From the NCBI RefSeq assembly GCF_964204645.1, contig NC_134034.1, positions 5,430,914-5,494,913 on the forward strand: 64,000 nt of DNA. The letters are read 5' to 3'. Positions within the stretch are counted from its first letter, which is position 1, and each line of letters opens with the position of its first letter. Below, piece by piece: positions 59,805 to 64,000 of the stretch. Under the pieces are notes generated by a model, which ran no database searches, had not been told where the DNA came from, and worked only from the letters and a program-made list of their open reading frames with translations. The DNA comes from Tubulanus polymorphus. Its lineage: Eukaryota > Animalia > Nemertea. Made by a program: the position numbers and the translations under genes.

Positions 59805-62023
59805 CACGATAGGTAGAACACAATATCTGTGTTGACGCGATGAGGAGAGAATCCCACAATGATAATAAAAAGTCCGAAAATGAAACTTCGAGATAGTAGT
59901 TTATTTCAACGTTTCGACTATATCCTAACATCCTAATTCTAAGGCTGATAAAGGTGGCAAGATTGTGATTTTAGATCTGGATAATTATAATGTTAAAATG
60001 CAATCTCTCTTGGATAATCCTGGTGTTTATAAGAAACTTAAGTCGAATCCTCTTCCTCGTATGCAAGCTTATTTCAACAGAAGTCTTTCGGATATTATTA
60101 AACGTTTCCCCTCCGCTAAAGAAACTCTGAATAAGTTCCATTCACGTCTTCCCTCTTTACCATATATCTATGGATTGCCTAAAATTCATAAAGATAATGT
60201 TCCACTGCGCCCTATAGTCTCCAATTGTAATTCTCCTACATACCGGTTATCTAAATTTCTCGCGAAACAGTTATCTCCGGTGCTCGGTTCGTTCTCTCCG
60301 TCGCACCTTCGCCATAATCAACACTTACTTGAACGTATTAAGAATATTATCCCTGGCAATGACAAATTTATATCATTTAATGTTACTTCCCTTTTTACCA
60401 ATGTTCCTCTTGGACCTACTCTTGATTTCTTAAAACGCAGATTACCATCACTTAACATTAACTTCGGCATTCCTACGGATTGTATCATCGACCTTATCTC
60501 TATTTGTACGACGGACTCCTTTTTTGAATTCAACAATTGTTTTTACGAACAGACATTCGGTATCGCTATGGGAAATCCTCTTAGTCCTATTCTAGCTAAT
60601 TTAATCCTAGAACATGTTGAATCTGAAATATTGCCTCTTTACACTGATATTCACTCTAAAATCTGGCTCAGATATGTTGACGATGTTCTGGCTTTGGTTC
60701 CCTTTGACTTCAATGTTGATAACTTTCTTATATATTTAAACTCCCTTTACCCGTCTCTGGCTTTTACGTATGAATGGGAATCTAATAGTAAAATACCTTT
60801 TCTGGATGTTTTGATTTTTAACTGTGGATCCTTTTTGAAATTCGCGGTTTATAGGAAACCTACCAACGCTGAATCCTACCTCCATTACTTCTCTTTTACT
60901 TCTCCGGATATTAAACTCGGTTTAGCTCAAGGATTATTTCTTCGCGCCTTGAGAATTTGCGACCCCTCATTTCTACCCGATGAAATTCACCATATTAACC
61001 AATCTCTCAAAAAACTTGCCTACCCCGATTTCCTATTGAAAAAAGCTCTACTTAAAGCTCGTACTACGCATTTTAGAAATAACAACCTTAGAACTCCTAC
61101 GTTGGCTACCGATAAACAGCCTATCATTGTACCGTATGTACCTTTCCTCGAGAATTCTAAAGTTTCTCTTCGGTCACTAAATAAACAACTTATCTTTAAA
61201 TACAATAATAAACTTAGTAACATATTGATTAACAACAAACCGAAAACCGAATCCCTAAACTGTGGAATTTATAAAATACCTTGTAAAGTTTGCGACAAAG
61301 TATATATAGGAGAAACAGGTCGGAATCTTAATCAACGCATAAAAGAGCATAAATTATATGTAAAAAACTTTAAACCTGAAAGCGGAGTTGCTAGTCATGT
61401 TTTTCAGACTTCACACAATTTTGATTTTGCTAATGCTGAATTAGTTTACCCTTGCAGCGATAAAACTAGAAGACATATTTTGGAATCTGCATTAATTATT
61501 GAAAATTCGAACAACGTTGTAAACCTTAACAATGGTTTTTCACCCCATAATAAACTTATATCAAAATTCCTCTGTAAACTGGTTAAACTCAACACTTGAT
61601 TTCCCCTTTGATTATTTGTTATTTGTTCTCGCATCAATTTCGTCTCTGACTTAACTTGTATTTACCTTTGTTTTAATTTAAGTGCCCCTTAGTTTGTCTT
61701 TCTTTTTACTACTGACTTTAAGTTTCATTTATATTTATACTCACTATTGTTGTTTATAATCACCCCTTAGTTTGCTTCCCTTTAATCTATTTTAGCGTGT
61801 AACTGTTTCTACGTTAATTTTCCTTTAGTTTGTATCATCTCTGATTACTTGAATTAGTCTCTTTGTCTCTGGATTGTATATATATCTCATAATTTCTGTA
61901 GTATCTCATTATTCCTATTAGGATATATTAGGACTATTAGGATATAGTCGAAACGTTGAAATAAACTACTATCTCGAAGTTTCATTTTCGGACTTTTTAT
62001 TATCATTGTGGGATTCTCTCCTC
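59805..62023 (+). mobile_element. Penelope-like retroelement, 5'-truncated, with inverted pseudo-LTR
   Basis: 12-bp TSD ATGACTATATTT (59793-59804, 62024-62035); 59840-59928 is an inverted repeat of 61937-62025. Confidence 0.92.
59965..61599 (+). CDS. Penelope RT plus GIY-YIG endonuclease (N-truncated; motif A Asp appears as Asn)
   Basis: YGLPKIHK..PLRPIVS, SFNVTSLFT, GIAMGNPLSP, RYVDD, GIYKIPC..YIGETGR. Confidence 0.9.
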   Translation: MILDLDNYNVKMQSLLDNPGVYKKLKSNPLPRMQAYFNRSLSDIIKRFPSAKETLNKFHSRLPSLPYIYGLPKIHKDNVPLRPIVSNCNSPTYRLSKFLAKQLSPVLGSFSPSHLRHNQHLLERIKNIIPGNDKFISFNVTSLFTNVPLGPTLDFLKRRLPSLNINFGIPTDCIIDLISICTTDSFFEFNNCFYEQTFGIAMGNPLSPILANLILEHVESEILPLYTDIHSKIWLRYVDDVLALVPFDFNVDNFLIYLNSLYPSLAFTYEWESNSKIPFLDVLIFNCGSFLKFAVYRKPTNAESYLHYFSFTSPDIKLGLAQGLFLRALRICDPSFLPDEIHHINQSLKKLAYPDFLLKKALLKARTTHFRNNNLRTPTLATDKQPIIVPYVPFLENSKVSLRSLNKQLIFKYNNKLSNILINNKPKTESLNCGIYKIPCKVCDKVYIGETGRNLNQRIKEHKLYVKNFKPESGVASHVFQTSHNFDFANAELVYPCSDKTRRHILESALIIENSNNVVNLNNGFSPHNKLISKFLCKLVKLNT

Positions 62024-64000
62024 ATGACTATATTTATCTTCCCGAGTTACCATTAACTTTTCTGTATGAATATGATTTTCGGGTTTAATTCTTTTTTTGA
62101 TAATTTGATAATTATTCATGTGTTACAGTTTTGTGTTCGGGACAGTGTGCTAGATTTCTAGATTTAATTTTTTTATCTTCAGGATATTCTAAATCTACAA
62201 CAAAGAAGTAACCAGTATCTGAATCATCTGCAATATCTAGAATTCTTTTCTTCCAATCAAATTTATCATTATTTTCATGTTGTAAAACTTCAGTTATTTC
62301 AAATACTCCATAAGGTTGAGGTTCCATCATTGCCCAACCATATAGATTATTTGCATCTATATATAATAACTTATAACCAGGGTTATCATTTACATTGAAA
62401 TATCTATCGCCTAATACACCCGAAACTCCTCCTCTTATAGATTCTTCAAATAATAATAATTGATCTATATTTGTTTACAAATCCATTTTTATATCTGTAA
62501 ATTTCAAACCACAGTCCCAAGTTAAACCTGGACTAGAATAACAATGACATGGATCAATATTGAAATATTTTAGATTCACATCTCTAAACCTTTCAAATAT
62601 ATCAGTTAATAATAATACATCTGATTTTAGATATGAATCTACTAATTGTCCATGATTTTCTATTTTGAAATGATTCCAAATATTCAATGTTCTATTATAG
62701 AGTTCATCTTTAACATATTCATTTTTTAATTCATCATAGAATTGTTCTTTTAATACTTCAGTTATATTGAAATCATTATGCGATTTATAAAAACTATATG
62801 GAATTGCTCCTTTATATCTCATTAATTGAAAATCATCATTATTTGGATAGTGTTGCTTTAATATTTTTAATTCATCATCAACTAATGATTTTGATAAATT
62901 ATCTAATGAACTACTTAAAAATCTATATGAATCTATAAATCTTAGACACCCAAATTGGAAAGATATATAATTCTCAGATGTTTTAGCTTACATTTTAAAT
63001 TCATAAGTTGGTATTTTATCTTTTGGTCTATTTGAATTTAATCTTTCAAATTCATTATTGATTTCTTCTATTTTATGGCACAGTTGCTTGATAAATAAAT
63101 GAGCATCATACCCTGATAAATTATGAAATATAACCGGAACAAAATTGATTTTCTTAGCTTGGAAGTTACAATTCTCATGTGCTGCGCCTCTAAAATTTCC
63201 ACTCAAATGATCATGGTCTCTAACTTTTTTATCTTTTAGATTAAATATCTTTTCACAATAATAACATTTATCAGCAAACTCAAATTCTTCTTCATCTTCT
63301 TCTGTCATAATTATTTCTTTATTTGTATCTAATAGTTTACTAAATTTGATTTCATACTCAATTAATAAGTCACAAAAATGATTGATAACATTTTCATTTC
63401 TATAATTATAATATTCACTTTTAATCAGTTCTGGATAATCAGATTTAATATATAACCCGAAAGCTGCAGCACTTTGATGAATCTTTTTAATAGTATTTGT
63501 TATTAGAGGATCTGAATAATCAATTATATCATTTTCAGAATTTAATTTCTCTCTTTTATGATATATTTCTTTTCCTTCTTGATCAGTTAATTCCTTATTT
63601 AGTGATTCAAAATCACCATATATTACAAATTGTACTTTATTCTTGTAATCATATTTTTTAAATTCTAATATTTTATCCTTTTCATTTGGTAAAACTATTT
63701 TACAATAATCATGATTTTCACATAATTTTTTATGATTTAATAATGCACTTTCATTACTGAATTTATGTAAACATTCTCTACATAAATATATTTTACGAGT
63801 ATAATCATTTTCTGATTTGAAAAATAAATCAATTCTTTTAATCCACATATAATGTTTCTCATAATATAATATATCTATAACACCATTTGAATCATAATCT
63901 TTTGATTAAATCGAATACGTTTATCTTTAGATTATTTTCTCTTTCTATTTTTGGAAAATCTTTAATTCTAACTGGATAATTATCTATCTTATAATTATTT

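Larger units (their letters stand above)
46366..64000. mobile_element. Polinton-like copy C (degenerate, inverted relative to A, runs off the window)
   Basis: Homologues of structural genes (+) and of ATPase, integrase, HNH and pPolB (-), with stops, deletions and nested insertions. Confidence 0.9.
59545..64000 (-). pseudogene. polB: pPolB pseudogene of copy C (Penelope insertion, ~0.75-kb deletion removing YxDTDS)
   Basis: Fragments homologous to A's pPolB; FYGKT is joined directly to ENEIMKRILAC*. Confidence 0.92.

Noticed and set aside
61900-61960. Hammerhead ribozyme in the Penelope pseudo-LTR
   Set aside because: CGAAAC is present but there is no intact CTGANGA core; the remnant at ~6640-6670 (minus strand) has CTGATGA but no GAAA.

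Overview
AT-rich eukaryotic (invertebrate-like) genomic window that is mostly mobile DNA; no host gene is recognisable. It contains three related Polinton/Maverick-like (adintovirus-like) endogenous viruses. Copy A (6732-24450) is structurally complete, with a 6-bp TSD (AGTGAT), 523/525-bp TIRs and genes for pPolB, retroviral-type integrase, packaging ATPase, major and minor capsid proteins, an HNH nuclease and about 7 membrane proteins; it has no recognisable protease, and its pPolB carries one in-frame TGA. Copies B (39760-46365) and C (46366 to beyond 64000) are degenerate. The most striking features are: (i) the termini are long palindromes (185 bp in A, 153 bp in B) whose arms co-vary between copies and whose loop occurs in both orientations; (ii) copy B has no pPolB and carries, between two hairpins, a decayed ~750-codon gene with motifs in the order expected of a Rep_trans-type rolling-circle initiator; (iii) 14 of 17 genes in A start at a poxvirus-like TAAATG; (iv) pPolB sits at opposite ends of the genome in A and C. 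The rest is a LINE, two Penelope-like elements, Academ-like elements, MITEs, a mariner remnant, minisatellites and a probable P-type excision footprint. All family assignments are from visual motif recognition; no searches were run.
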